The notes under the pieces were generated by a model that saw only the letters and a program-made list of their open reading frames with translations, did no database searches and had not been told where the DNA came from. A stretch of 18,484 bases of DNA from Verrucomicrobiota bacterium (GTDB lineage: Bacteria; Verrucomicrobiota; Lentisphaeria; Lentisphaerales; Lentisphaeraceae), in contig JBDKFG010000083.1 in NCBI GenBank assembly GCA_039798785.1, positions 1 through 18,484 on the forward strand. The letters run 5' to 3'. Shown one piece after another: positions 7,802 to 16,690 of the stretch; position 1 is the first letter of the stretch; every line of letters starts with the position of its first letter. The position numbers were made by a program, and so were the translations under genes.

Positions 7802-7945
7802 TCAGTCCCGGGGCGGCTTTTCCTTTCCTCCTCCCTGGTGAGGCTCAGAAGGGCTGTCTCCCTGGAAATAGCCCAGGCTGACGACCTTGATCAAGATGGC
7901 GAAAAGAGCCAGGAAGGAGAAAAGCGGAATGAAGTACCAATCCAT
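7802..7945 (-). CDS. Unannotated 47-aa single-pass membrane peptide
   Basis: Hand translation gives MDWYFIPLFSFLALFAILIKVVSLGYFQGDSPSEPHQGGGKEKPPRD*. Its ATG overlaps the kinase stop (TGATG) and it fills the intergenic gap, ending 4 nt before the next ATG. Confidence 0.65.
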   Translation of the reverse strand: MDWYFIPLFSFLALFAILIKVVSLGYFQGDSPSEPHQGGGKEKPPRD

Positions 7946-10071
7946 CAAGGTCTGGCCACGAGATGGGCGGGGATGAGTGCAAGCCGGAAGCCGTGGTTGT
8001 TGCCGGAAAACGGCTCATCGACGTAGACCGACTGCGCTCTCATGGCACAGCGATGAAAACGGGGCTCATCGGCCCAGGAGCCGCCGCGGTAGACATGGCG
8101 CTGTCCATTGTGATTGACCGGATCCTTGGCTCCCTCAGTCAAGGTCTCGATGCCTGGGCTGAGGTGATCGGAGCCGCCCGAAGCATCGAGTGTCCACTCC
8201 CAGACATTTCCGAGCATGTCGTGGAGCCCCCAGGCATTAGCGGTCTTGGAGGCGATTTTCGCGGGGGCGAATTCGGTAGAGGTGACGGCGATGTCGCCGA
8301 GGCGAGCCGCTCCTTGCCAGGGCCCCTGTGTGCCGGCGCGCGCGGCATACTCCCACTGAGCCTCGCTCGGCAGCGAATAAAGGTAGCCGGCAGGCAGCAT
8401 CCCCGCCTTGCGCTCAGTTTCGTTCAGCCAGGCGCAATAACGCATGGCATCATTCCAACTGACATGGACTACCGGCAGATCGGTATCCTCGCCTGCGCCG
8501 TTCCAACGGGCGCCAGCCTGCTTCTGCTGCCAATTGCCGCGTCCCAGCCAGGCGCTGGAACCACCGCGCCTTTCCGCCTCGGTGCGATAGGAGGTCTCCT
8601 TGACAAAAACGGCGAATTGCCTGACGCTGACCTCGGTCCTGGCGATCCAGAATCCTTCGCTGATCATGACTTCATGAAGCGGCTCAGCGGAAGTGCGCCC
8701 GGCTTCGCTGATGCGGCTTCCCATCTGGAAACTGCCCGGCGCCAGATAAACCAGCTCGCAGCCTAACTGAGGAAGTTGAAAACTCTTGCCGAGAGCCGGG
8801 GCTAGGCGTTTCGCCAAAGGCAAAGCAGGTTTGATAGGCTTCTGTTCAGACAGGATATTGCCAGCTGCCGGAGCCGGAGCCGGATCCACAGGCTTCGCCA
8901 CTTCAGTCGCGGGCTTCGCCACTTCAGTCGCGGGCTTCGCCACTTCAGTCGCGGGCTTCGCCACTTCAGTCGCGGACTTCGCCACTTCAGCCTGAAACGG
9001 AAGAGGACCTTTGACTTTCTCGGGCTGCGTCTGAATCACATCAGGTACAGGTTTCGCCAATTCAGGAGCCTTACTGAGGGGCAACGCGTCGGCAGCATGG
9101 GTAGCCGCGATTTCAGGCGCGATCTTGTCCCGATTGGCAAGAATGACGGCGAGAACCACACTGGCCAGGGCGATGCCCGCCAGAAGTCCCGCAGCAATCT
9201 TGCGATTGACGGCTTTCTCTGGTTTCGCCGGGGGACGGGCGGCAAGCTCGCGAAGCTGCTGATCCAGAGCCAGAACTTCGTTCATGAACTGTGCGGGCGT
9301 TTGCGGACGGGCCAGCGGCTCCTTCGCGGCAGCTCGCTTGAGGAAGACATCAAGCTCAGGAGGGATCGAGGGGCGGAGACGGTGAACTGACGGCAGCGGG
9401 TCGTTGGCATGCTGCGCCATGATGGAAAAAGCCGACGGCCCCTCGAATGGGGGTTTCCCAGTGAGCATGTGGAAGAGGGTGCAGCCGAGAGAGTAGAGAT
9501 CCGAACGGCAGTCGGCGTTCTTGGCATCGTAGGCCTGCTCAGGAGCGAGGTAGAGCGGCGTCCCGAGACCGACACCCGTCATGGTGGTGGAGACGTCGGC
9601 GCCGATCTGCTTGGCAATCCCTAGATCGGCAAGGCGCGCCTTGCCGTTGCCGTCAAGCATGATGTTGTCCGGCTTGATGTCGCGGTGGACGATGCCGAGC
9701 TGGGCAGCGGCGTCGAGCGCGGCCGCGACTTCGGCGATGATGGAGAGTGACTGCTGCAAGGGGAGTGGCCCCTTCACCTTGATCAGGTCACGGACCGAGC
9801 CACCCGAGATGTACTCCATCACGATGAAGTGCCGGTCACCGTCCGAATCAGCATCAAAAATCATCACTGCATTGGGGTGCCGGAGGCGTGCTGCGAGCCG
9901 AGCCTCGTTGATGAAGCGGGTGACGAAATTGCGGTCGCGATCGACCAAGGCGGCTGAAAGGATCTTGATAGCAACGGGAATGTCAAGGTTGGGATGCTGG
10001 CCCAGCCAGACCTCGCCGGTGGCTCCGGTGCCGAGGAGGTGAGAGACGGGATATTTGCCGATTTTCTCCAC
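7945..10071 (-). CDS. Membrane Hanks-type Ser/Thr protein kinase with C-terminal FGE-sulfatase (SUMF1-like) domain
   Basis: Kinase motifs LGTGATGEV, VAIK, HRDIKPDN, DLG, GTPLYLAPEQ and DLYSLG. TM segment IAAGLLAGIALASVVLAVILA. FGE motifs GSFQMGS, PVVHVSWNDA, LPSEAQWEYAARAG, NAWGLHDMLGNVWEW, RGGSW and GFR. Confidence 0.95.
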   Translation of the reverse strand: MEKIGKYPVSHLLGTGATGEVWLGQHPNLDIPVAIKILSAALVDRDRNFVTRFINEARLAARLRHPNAVMIFDADSDGDRHFIVMEYISGGSVRDLIKVKGPLPLQQSLSIIAEVAAALDAAAQLGIVHRDIKPDNIMLDGNGKARLADLGIAKQIGADVSTTMTGVGLGTPLYLAPEQAYDAKNADCRSDLYSLGCTLFHMLTGKPPFEGPSAFSIMAQHANDPLPSVHRLRPSIPPELDVFLKRAAAKEPLARPQTPAQFMNEVLALDQQLRELAARPPAKPEKAVNRKIAAGLLAGIALASVVLAVILANRDKIAPEIAATHAADALPLSKAPELAKPVPDVIQTQPEKVKGPLPFQAEVAKSATEVAKPATEVAKPATEVAKPATEVAKPVDPAPAPAAGNILSEQKPIKPALPLAKRLAPALGKSFQLPQLGCELVYLAPGSFQMGSRISEAGRTSAEPLHEVMISEGFWIARTEVSVRQFAVFVKETSYRTEAERRGGSSAWLGRGNWQQKQAGARWNGAGEDTDLPVVHVSWNDAMRYCAWLNETERKAGMLPAGYLYSLPSEAQWEYAARAGTQGPWQGAARLGDIAVTSTEFAPAKIASKTANAWGLHDMLGNVWEWTLDASGGSDHLSPGIETLTEGAKDPVNHNGQRHVYRGGSWADEPRFHRCAMRAQSVYVDEPFSGNNHGFRLALIPAHLVARP
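8891..8992 (-). repeat. In-frame 21-bp tandem repeat (ATEVAKP)
   Basis: ggcttcgccacttcagtcgcg occurs as 4 perfect copies (8891-8974) plus one degenerate partial copy (8975-8992). Confidence 0.97.
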
Positions 10072-10083
10072 GGTGAAGCCTCT

Positions 10084-10635
10084 TTACTGAAGGGATGGAA
10101 GGACGGCGCGGCAGGCCATGAGGTAGTGGACGCCATGGGGGACGAACTGTACTGGCTCGGCGTCGACGAGTGCCGGGAGCTCCGCCGCGTCGAGCCACCT
10201 CAATGCGCTGATTTCCTGCGGGCAGGGTACCAGGAGCTCATCATCCCGGAGCCGCAGCAGATAGACGTGATTGATCTCGTTATCCTGTAGAGAGCCGAAG
10301 GTGAAGCTCTTGCGCAGGATAAAGAGAAGACGCAGGCGCTCCGGCGCGATCCCCAGTCCAAGTTCCTCTCGCAGCTCTCGAACGGCGGCGGCGAGGGGCT
10401 CTTCGCCGGCGTCGACATGGCCGGCGCATGACACGTCCCAGCAATCGGGAAACACGTCCTTGCCTGCGGAGCGCCGCTGCAGAAGAAGCGACGAGCCGCG
10501 GGCGATCCATATCTGGGCGCTTCGGTGCCAGAGGCCTTGCGCGTGGACATCGGCACGCCGTGCAGTGCCGGCGTGCTGGCCCTCCTCGGTGTAGACATCG
10601 AAGATTTCATCCGGGGACTGGCCGTCGCTTTCCAT
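10084..10635 (-). CDS. NUDIX hydrolase, isopentenyl-diphosphate isomerase type 1-like
   Basis: Canonical Nudix box GHVDAGEEPLAAAVRELREELGL, plus GLWHRS, LLLQRRS..K..FP..WDVSCAGH and DNEINHVY. Start reassigned to the ATG at 10635, which overlaps the dnaJ stop (TGATG). Confidence 0.88.
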   Translation of the reverse strand: MESDGQSPDEIFDVYTEEGQHAGTARRADVHAQGLWHRSAQIWIARGSSLLLQRRSAGKDVFPDCWDVSCAGHVDAGEEPLAAAVRELREELGLGIAPERLRLLFILRKSFTFGSLQDNEINHVYLLRLRDDELLVPCPQEISALRWLDAAELPALVDAEPVQFVPHGVHYLMACRAVLPSLQ

Positions 10636-11768
10636 CAGCCGGCAAAGAAGCGCTTGGCTTTCTGGAAGAAGGACTCCTCCATCGGGTGCACTTCGTTGCC
10701 ACATGCGTCGGCAAAAGCCTTGAGCGCTTCGGCCTGCTTGGCATTGAGGTTGGTGGGGACTTCGACGATGACCTTGACGAACTGGTCGCCGGGCGAGCTG
10801 GAGCGGACACTCTTGACGCCTTTGCCGCGGAGACGGAATACGGTGCCGGACTGAGTCCCGGGAGGGATCTTGACGCTGGCTTTGCCGCTGAGAGTGGGAA
10901 CTTCGACCTGGCCGCCGAGGCAGGCGGTGGCGAAGTGGATGGGGACGTCGCAGTGAAGCTCATCGCCGTCGCGACGGAACAGCTCGTGTTCACGGACGTG
11001 GATGACGACGAAGAGGTCTCCGGGCGGGCCTCCTTTCGATCCGGCGTCGCCGCCCTCGGAGACCCGCATCTTGTTGCCAGTGTCTACTCCGGCGGGAATT
11101 TTCAGGTGCTGCGGCTTTTCACGGCGCACCTTGCCTTGGCCGCGGCAACTTGAACAGGGCTTTTCGATCTGCTTGCCGGAGCCCTGGCAGCGGGGACATT
11201 CCTGGCGGATCTGGAAGAATCCTTGCGACACCGAGACCGCCCCGTGCCCTTTGCAGGTGGTGCAGGTGATGATCTTCGATCCGGGTTCGGCGCCGCTGCC
11301 CTTGCAGGGAGCGCAGTCCTCGGTGCGGGGCACCTGGATGTCCTTGGTGCAGCCGAAAACCGCTTCTTCGAAGGTCAGCTCGAGGTTCACCTGCAGGTCA
11401 TTGCCAGGTTGCGGTCCGCCGCGACGGCCACCGCCGCCCTGGCCGAAGAGCTGCTCGAAAATGCCGCCGCCGCCCTGGCCGAAGACCTGGGAGAAGATGT
11501 CGAAGGGATCATGGCCGCCGCCGGCAGCCGAACCGCCGCCGCTGCGAGTCCAACCGTCATGGCCGAGGCGGTCATACTGGGCCCGCTTCTTCTCGTCCGA
11601 AAGCACTTCGTAGGCGGCGGAAATCTCCTTGAACTTCTCCTCCGCTTCCTTGTTGCCCGGATTTTTGTCGGGATGGTATTGAATCGCCAGCTTGCGGTAG
11701 GCCTTCTTCATGTCCTCGGGAGTGGCGTCTCGACCGACGCCAAGCAGTTCGTAGAAATCCTTGGCCAT
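10635..11768 (-). CDS. dnaJ: Chaperone DnaJ (class A)
   Basis: J domain with HPD, G/F-rich region, four CxxCxGxG zinc motifs, and the C-terminal substrate-binding domain. Confidence 0.98.
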   Translation of the reverse strand: MAKDFYELLGVGRDATPEDMKKAYRKLAIQYHPDKNPGNKEAEEKFKEISAAYEVLSDEKKRAQYDRLGHDGWTRSGGGSAAGGGHDPFDIFSQVFGQGGGGIFEQLFGQGGGGRRGGPQPGNDLQVNLELTFEEAVFGCTKDIQVPRTEDCAPCKGSGAEPGSKIITCTTCKGHGAVSVSQGFFQIRQECPRCQGSGKQIEKPCSSCRGQGKVRREKPQHLKIPAGVDTGNKMRVSEGGDAGSKGGPPGDLFVVIHVREHELFRRDGDELHCDVPIHFATACLGGQVEVPTLSGKASVKIPPGTQSGTVFRLRGKGVKSVRSSSPGDQFVKVIVEVPTNLNAKQAEALKAFADACGNEVHPMEESFFQKAKRFFAG

Positions 11769-11771
11769 GGA

Positions 11772-12335
11772 TCAGTCCTTCTGCTCGGCCGCGGCAGGGC
11801 CTTTGCTGACGACGACGCTAGCGGCGCGCACGAGCTTTTCGCCAAGTTTCCAGCCGCTGCGGTGGACAGCGATGATCTGGCCGGCAGGGATGCTCTCGTG
11901 GTGATCCTCCTTGACGGCTTCGTGCCAATTGTGGTCGAAGGGCTTGCCCAGGGCGTCGATCTCGCTGCAGCCGCAATCGCTGAAAGCTTTGCTGAACTGG
12001 CTCTGGATCATGTCCATGCCGAAGAGGAGGTTCTGCAAGGTGGCGTTCGGCATCTTGGCGGCGGCGACCGCCATCCGGAAGGTGTCATGAACGCCGATGA
12101 ACTCCTCGAGGGTCGAGGCCCGGGCGTTGGCGCGGGCGTCATCGAGATCCTTCAGGCCGCGGCGGCGGAGATTGTCGTAATCGGCCTTGGCTCGGAGCAG
12201 CTTGTCGGCGAGCTCCGCAAGTTCTTTTTCGTAATCGCGCGTCAGGACCGGGGTCTCGATGCTGACAGCGGGCTCAGGAGCGGCATTGGCTTCGGATGCG
12301 GCATTGGCTTCGGGGGCGGTTTTCTCTTCTGACAT
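11772..12335 (-). CDS. grpE: Nucleotide exchange factor GrpE
   Basis: LLRAKADYDNLRRR, GKPFDHNWHEAV, GWKLGEKLVRAASVVV. Directly upstream of dnaJ. Confidence 0.96.
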   Translation of the reverse strand: MSEEKTAPEANAASEANAAPEPAVSIETPVLTRDYEKELAELADKLLRAKADYDNLRRRGLKDLDDARANARASTLEEFIGVHDTFRMAVAAAKMPNATLQNLLFGMDMIQSQFSKAFSDCGCSEIDALGKPFDHNWHEAVKEDHHESIPAGQIIAVHRSGWKLGEKLVRAASVVVSKGPAAAEQKD

Positions 12336-12446
12336 GGAGGTATCCTCTAGCTAGTGGTTTTGCGCGGCGCAACCTAACGCCAAACCGCAAGGATTTCCAC
12401 AGGATGCATGCGCTAATGAAGAGAATGCCTGAATTCCTTCGAACGC

Positions 12447-13022
12447 TCAGAGTCCCTCCTGAGACAGCCCTGACTGGCGCAGTCGCTCGCCACTGGCGAT
12501 CTCGGCCTCCAGGCGGGACTCGTCCCAGCCCTCCAACACCGCCAGTTCCCCGTAGAGACAGCGTGTCTGGTCGTCATGGATCTTGAGAAGCAGCTGAAAA
12601 TGCGCCGACCCGAGCTTGTCACTGAGCCGCGACACATGGTCGAAGTCCGGGAAGTCCTCAGCCAGGCCCAAAGCAAAGAGTAGACGCTCCTCATCCCACA
12701 CCGGTGAGAATTTCGCCAGTCCGGCCGCGACCACCGCCAGGATCTTCGAAGCTTGCGCGGCGTCGCCGGCCGCAGCCAGATCGCGACGGAGTCGTTCGCC
12801 GATCAGCCAGAGTAGTGGGACTTCAGACTTGCCGTCGTCGCTGCGAAGCAGACGCATCAGGTCGCCCTGCAGCCGGAAGGCGGAGGAAGGCTCTTGATGC
12901 CCAGGTTCGGCCTCGCCGGCCTCCAGCCCCTCAAGCGCAAGGCCCTCGAGAAGCTCAGGATCTTCGTCACCGAAATTTTCCGTCGCCGGTAGGAATTGCC
13001 CGTTTCTTTTTGCTGACGTCAT
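12447..13022 (-). CDS. Hypothetical acidic, helical protein (191 aa)
   Basis: Fills the gap between the kinase promoter region and grpE. ATG with a GGAG RBS. No recognised motif. Confidence 0.65.
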   Translation of the reverse strand: MTSAKRNGQFLPATENFGDEDPELLEGLALEGLEAGEAEPGHQEPSSAFRLQGDLMRLLRSDDGKSEVPLLWLIGERLRRDLAAAGDAAQASKILAVVAAGLAKFSPVWDEERLLFALGLAEDFPDFDHVSRLSDKLGSAHFQLLLKIHDDQTRCLYGELAVLEGWDESRLEAEIASGERLRQSGLSQEGL

Positions 13023-13041
13023 GAGATGATCTCCAAAATAC

Positions 13042-13071
13042 TTGCATTCAATCGCTCATCCGCGCTATACT
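13042..13071 (+). promoter_or_regulatory. Putative sigma70 promoter of the hybrid kinase
   Basis: TTGCAT-18 nt-TATACT in the short divergent intergenic region. Confidence 0.5.
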
Positions 13072-13099
13072 AGCATCAGTTAAGGGCGAGGTGATCTCC

Positions 13100-15397
13100 A
13101 TGGGCTTGGAAAGACGGCTGATTTTCACTTCCCTGGGGGGGGGCGCCGCAGCGGCGCTGCTCCTCGGTCTATCCGTCGGCTTCGTCATCATGCCCTCCTT
13201 CGCCAAAATCGAAAGCGACCAGGCCCGCCAGCAAGGCGAAGCCCTGAGCCAGGCGATACAGCACGAGATCGGCGCCCTCGCCGTCAAAATCTCGGACTGG
13301 TCATCATGGAATTCCTCTTATGAATTCCTGCAGAGCCGCGATCCCGCCTTCGTCGCCGACAATTTGCAGGGCAACACTCTCAGCGACATGAAGCTGAATC
13401 TGATGCTTTTCCTCGACCTCTCAGGTCAGCCGGCTTTGGAACGCTGGGCTGATCCAACCGCGGGGAAAGACATCCCCCCGATTGCGGGAATCCGCGAAGT
13501 CCTGGCCGCCCGTCCCGACATCCGCTCACTCGGCACACGGCCTGAACTTGACCACGTCGCCGGCATTCTCACCACCCCCCAAGGCCTGCTCCTCTTTGCC
13601 GCCAGGCCTTGCCTGAAGACTGACAATTCCGGCCCCGCGAGAGGAGTCTTGATCTTCGCTCGATTCCTTGATCCAGCCAAATTGGCCCAGCTGGAGAAAG
13701 TGACGCGCCACCGACTCCACTTGGCTCCCGCAAACAGCAAAGAGGACATCGAGGTCAGTCCTCGCGGTGCCGATGTTCTCGAAGTCGGTGTCAACCTGCA
13801 TGACATCGATGGCAAGAAGACAGCGTCCCTCCACATGACTTTGGATCGTCCAGTGCGTCGCCAGGCGGTCAGCATGATGGCCACACTGGCTCTTGTCGGG
13901 CTGGGCTCCTGCGCAGTTCTCGGCGGCTTGCTCTTGCTGCTCGTCCGCCGCGCCGTCGTCAGCCCCGTCCTGTCTTTGCGTCAAGGCGTCGCCGACATCG
14001 CCGCGAGCGGCAACCTCGACACTCACATCCCAAAACTCGAAGGCACCGAGCTTGCCGACCTAGCCTCCGAATTCGTCAAGATGAACAAGCGTCTCAACGA
14101 AATTTTCTGTGATCTGAGAAAGTCTCGCGAGTTCGCCGAGAAGGCCAATCATGACAAGGCTCTCTTCCTCGCATTCATTTCCCACGAGCTGCGCACGCCT
14201 CTGACCGCCATCATCGGCTTCAGCGATCTTCTCAAGGAGGGGATCCGAGACACCCATTCCAGCAAACATTACGCCAGCATCATCTCGCGGAGCAGCCGCC
14301 ATCTGGTCCAGCTGATCAACGACCTGCTTGACTATTCCAAGCTCGAGGCGGGACAGATGAAGATCGAGTCGCTGCCCTGCCATCCCGCCGTGCCGGTATC
14401 GGAAGTGGTGGAACTGCTCGGAGTCAAGGCGGCCGAAAAAAAGCTGCTGCTCTCAGCCGTCTGGTCGAACGACTGCCCGGAAGAGGTCTACTTCGATCCG
14501 ATGCGAGTCACCCAAATCCTTACCAACCTGGTCGGAAATGCAATCAAATTCACCGAAAAAGGCGAAATCGTCCTCCACTGCCAATGCGAACTGGTGGCCC
14601 CCGACCAGGCGGTGCTCAGCTACGCCGTGCGCGACACCGGCCAGGGCATGACCCCGGAACAGCTCTCCCGGATCTGCCGCCCCTACGTCCAGGCCAGCGA
14701 CGACACCGCCCGCACTCACGGCGGCACTGGACTCGGACTGGCCTTGTCCCGCCAGCTGGCTCTTGCAATGCAGGGCTCGATCGACATCATCTCCCACCTC
14801 GGCCAAGGAAGTATCTTCACCCTAAAGATCAAATGCAAGGTCGACCCGCAGGCGAAATGGTCCCGCCCTCCCGGTGAAAGCAACGACGGCATCAGCCGCA
14901 TCATCGCCGACAATCGCAGCGCTGAGTACGAGCGCCCCAAGACTTCGACTCCCGCAGCACCCCCTCCCCCACCGGCTCCAAGCCCTGATGCGCCCCAAGT
15001 AACCCGTCCCGCTTTGCGCACCATGGCCGTGATCCCCGGCGACATCTTGGTGGTCGACGACGAAGAGCTCAACCGCATGCTCGCCAGCCGCATCCTCGGC
15101 GGCCAAGGCCATGTGGTAGACACCGCCCCCGACGGATTGGAAGCGGTGGAAAAGGCGCTTGCCGCATTCGCAGGTGGCCGCCCCTACAAAGTGATCTTCC
15201 TCGACATGCACATGCCTGTCATGGACGGAGTCGAAGCCGCGCGCCGAATCCGGGCGGCAGGGATTCCATCCAAATTGATCGCCCTCACGGGTGACGCCAG
15301 TGACGATCAGGTCCAGCAGGCCAAATCGGCCGGATGCTCCGGCCAGGCGCAAAAACCCTACGACTGGAACGAGCTGATCCGATTCGCCCAATCCTGA
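13100..15397 (+). CDS. Hybrid sensor histidine kinase (CHASE4-HAMP-HisKA-HATPase-REC)
   Basis: Two TM segments flank a CHASE4-like region (DWSSWNSSYEFL, GVLIFARFLD). H-box ISHELRTPL, N-box QILTNLVGNAIKFT, DTGQGM and GGTGLGL. Receiver motifs VVDDEE, FLDMHMPVMDG and KPY. The ATG at 13100 follows a GAGGTG RBS. Confidence 0.95.
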   Translation: MGLERRLIFTSLGGGAAAALLLGLSVGFVIMPSFAKIESDQARQQGEALSQAIQHEIGALAVKISDWSSWNSSYEFLQSRDPAFVADNLQGNTLSDMKLNLMLFLDLSGQPALERWADPTAGKDIPPIAGIREVLAARPDIRSLGTRPELDHVAGILTTPQGLLLFAARPCLKTDNSGPARGVLIFARFLDPAKLAQLEKVTRHRLHLAPANSKEDIEVSPRGADVLEVGVNLHDIDGKKTASLHMTLDRPVRRQAVSMMATLALVGLGSCAVLGGLLLLLVRRAVVSPVLSLRQGVADIAASGNLDTHIPKLEGTELADLASEFVKMNKRLNEIFCDLRKSREFAEKANHDKALFLAFISHELRTPLTAIIGFSDLLKEGIRDTHSSKHYASIISRSSRHLVQLINDLLDYSKLEAGQMKIESLPCHPAVPVSEVVELLGVKAAEKKLLLSAVWSNDCPEEVYFDPMRVTQILTNLVGNAIKFTEKGEIVLHCQCELVAPDQAVLSYAVRDTGQGMTPEQLSRICRPYVQASDDTARTHGGTGLGLALSRQLALAMQGSIDIISHLGQGSIFTLKIKCKVDPQAKWSRPPGESNDGISRIIADNRSAEYERPKTSTPAAPPPPPAPSPDAPQVTRPALRTMAVIPGDILVVDDEELNRMLASRILGGQGHVVDTAPDGLEAVEKALAAFAGGRPYKVIFLDMHMPVMDGVEAARRIRAAGIPSKLIALTGDASDDQVQQAKSAGCSGQAQKPYDWNELIRFAQS

Positions 15398-15411
15398 CAA
15401 GGAAGCCCAAG

Positions 15412-15882
15412 ATGAAACCCGTCATCGCTCTGATCGATTTCTCCGATGCCACCCTTGCGGTCTTGAATGCCGCCGGCGAACAGGCTCGCCTCGGCCGGCA
15501 GCCCTTGATCCTGATCCATGTCGAGGCGCCGGTGAACCCCGCGGTCACCTACAGCGTCCCCGGCCATGAGACTCCGGTCCCCGATGCCGAGCATCTCGCC
15601 ACTCTTCGCAGCCGCCAAGCCGAACGCCTGCGCGCCATCCATCGGGATCTTGAATTGAAGGCCGCAGCCTGGAGCAGTGCCGAAGTGCCTGGCCGGGTAC
15701 TGGTGCTTGAGGACAACGATGTCGCCGCCGCCTTGTTGCGGGAAGCCCAAGAGCTGAATGCCGGTCTCCTGGTCCTCGGATCACACCACCACCACCAGTT
15801 CTACCACCGATTCGTCGGCAGCGTCACCGACAAGGTTGTCTGGAAGGCTTCCTGCCCGATCCTGATCATCCCCTTGACCTAA
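15412..15882 (+). CDS. Universal stress protein (UspA family)
   Basis: VIALIDFS, LILIHV, LLVLGSH...FVGSVTDKVVWKASCPILIIP. The ATG at 15412 has an AAGGA RBS, 14 nt after the kinase stop. Confidence 0.92.
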   Translation: MKPVIALIDFSDATLAVLNAAGEQARLGRQPLILIHVEAPVNPAVTYSVPGHETPVPDAEHLATLRSRQAERLRAIHRDLELKAAAWSSAEVPGRVLVLEDNDVAAALLREAQELNAGLLVLGSHHHHQFYHRFVGSVTDKVVWKASCPILIIPLT

Positions 15883-15884
15883 GC

Positions 15885-16556
15885 TCAGCTCGGCGGATCG
15901 ATTCCCAGCCGCAGCTGCGGCCCCAAGAAGTGCGGCTCGCGCCCGATGATCCAATCGAGCACCGCACCGATACGCGCCAATTTTTCGCGAACAGCAGTGA
16001 CGGTGGTGACCTGCTCAAAGGGATCCTGCGCATCCAAGCCCCAAGCCTCCAAGCCGTGGCGTCGAGCCAGCCATATCGCCCGTTCATTGTGGAATCCCTG
16101 AGACACCACGATGACTTTTTTTAAGCCGAACACCAACTGCGCCCGCCGCATCGAATCAAGAGTGCGAAAGCCGGCATAGTCGCGGTAGATCCGGGCCGCC
16201 GGCACACCTCTCTTCACCAGGTCGGCCTTGATCTCACTCGGCTCGTCATAAGTCTGCCTGCTGTTGTCACCGCTGATCAAAAGCCAGTGCACCCTTCCGC
16301 TGCGCCAAAGCTCCACAGCCGCGTCAATCCGCGCGGAATAGTACGGATTGATGCCTCCATGGGCGCTGATCCTGCCGGTGCCGAGCACCACTCCGGCCTC
16401 GGCCTCAGGCAGAGCATAGGGTTGCGATGCGCACCAGCGCCGGCTCGCCGGCCCGATAAGCAAGCTAAGCAGGACGATTAGACAAGCAGATATCCCTGCC
16501 GCGATCAGCAAGCGGCGAAGTTGAAAAATACGGCGGATGGCAGAGCGGTCAGGCAT
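15885..16556 (-). CDS. sanA: SanA/YdcF (DUF218) family envelope protein
   Basis: N-terminal TM segment; VVLGT, NPYY..RIDAA, LLISGDN...YDEP, DYAGFRTLDS, SQGFHNERA and VREKLAR. Confidence 0.9.
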   Translation of the reverse strand: MPDRSAIRRIFQLRRLLIAAGISACLIVLLSLLIGPASRRWCASQPYALPEAEAGVVLGTGRISAHGGINPYYSARIDAAVELWRSGRVHWLLISGDNSRQTYDEPSEIKADLVKRGVPAARIYRDYAGFRTLDSMRRAQLVFGLKKVIVVSQGFHNERAIWLARRHGLEAWGLDAQDPFEQVTTVTAVREKLARIGAVLDWIIGREPHFLGPQLRLGIDPPS

Positions 16557-16690
16557 TAAGAAACATTACTCGGTCCTCGCTCCTATCCAAATGATGCCAG
16601 ACGTGTCATACAAGGATTTCCTCCGAACGATTGCCATCATCTTGCGGCGGCGGCGGCCTGTTGCTCTCTCGATTGGCCGGCATCCACTGC

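Noticed and set aside
7945..8120. FGE/C-type-lectin C-terminus as a diversity-generating retroelement variable region
   Set aside because: I saw no template repeat and no reverse transcriptase in the window. A remote DGR cannot be excluded.
7945..8790. Active formylglycine-generating enzyme
   Set aside because: The catalytic Cys pair after RGGS is not present (RGGSWADEPRFHRC), and kinase-fused FGE folds are generally regarded as binding domains.
10636..10704. N-terminal extension of the NUDIX ORF given in the ORF track
   Set aside because: It overlaps the dnaJ 3' end. The ATG at 10635 in a TGATG overlap is the more plausible start.
11223..12332. 369-aa plus-strand ORF
   Set aside because: Antisense shadow of dnaJ/grpE with no recognisable motifs.
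12336..12446. CIRCE (HrcA operator) upstream of grpE
   Set aside because: No TTAGCACTC-N9-GAGTGCTAA match is visible on either strand.
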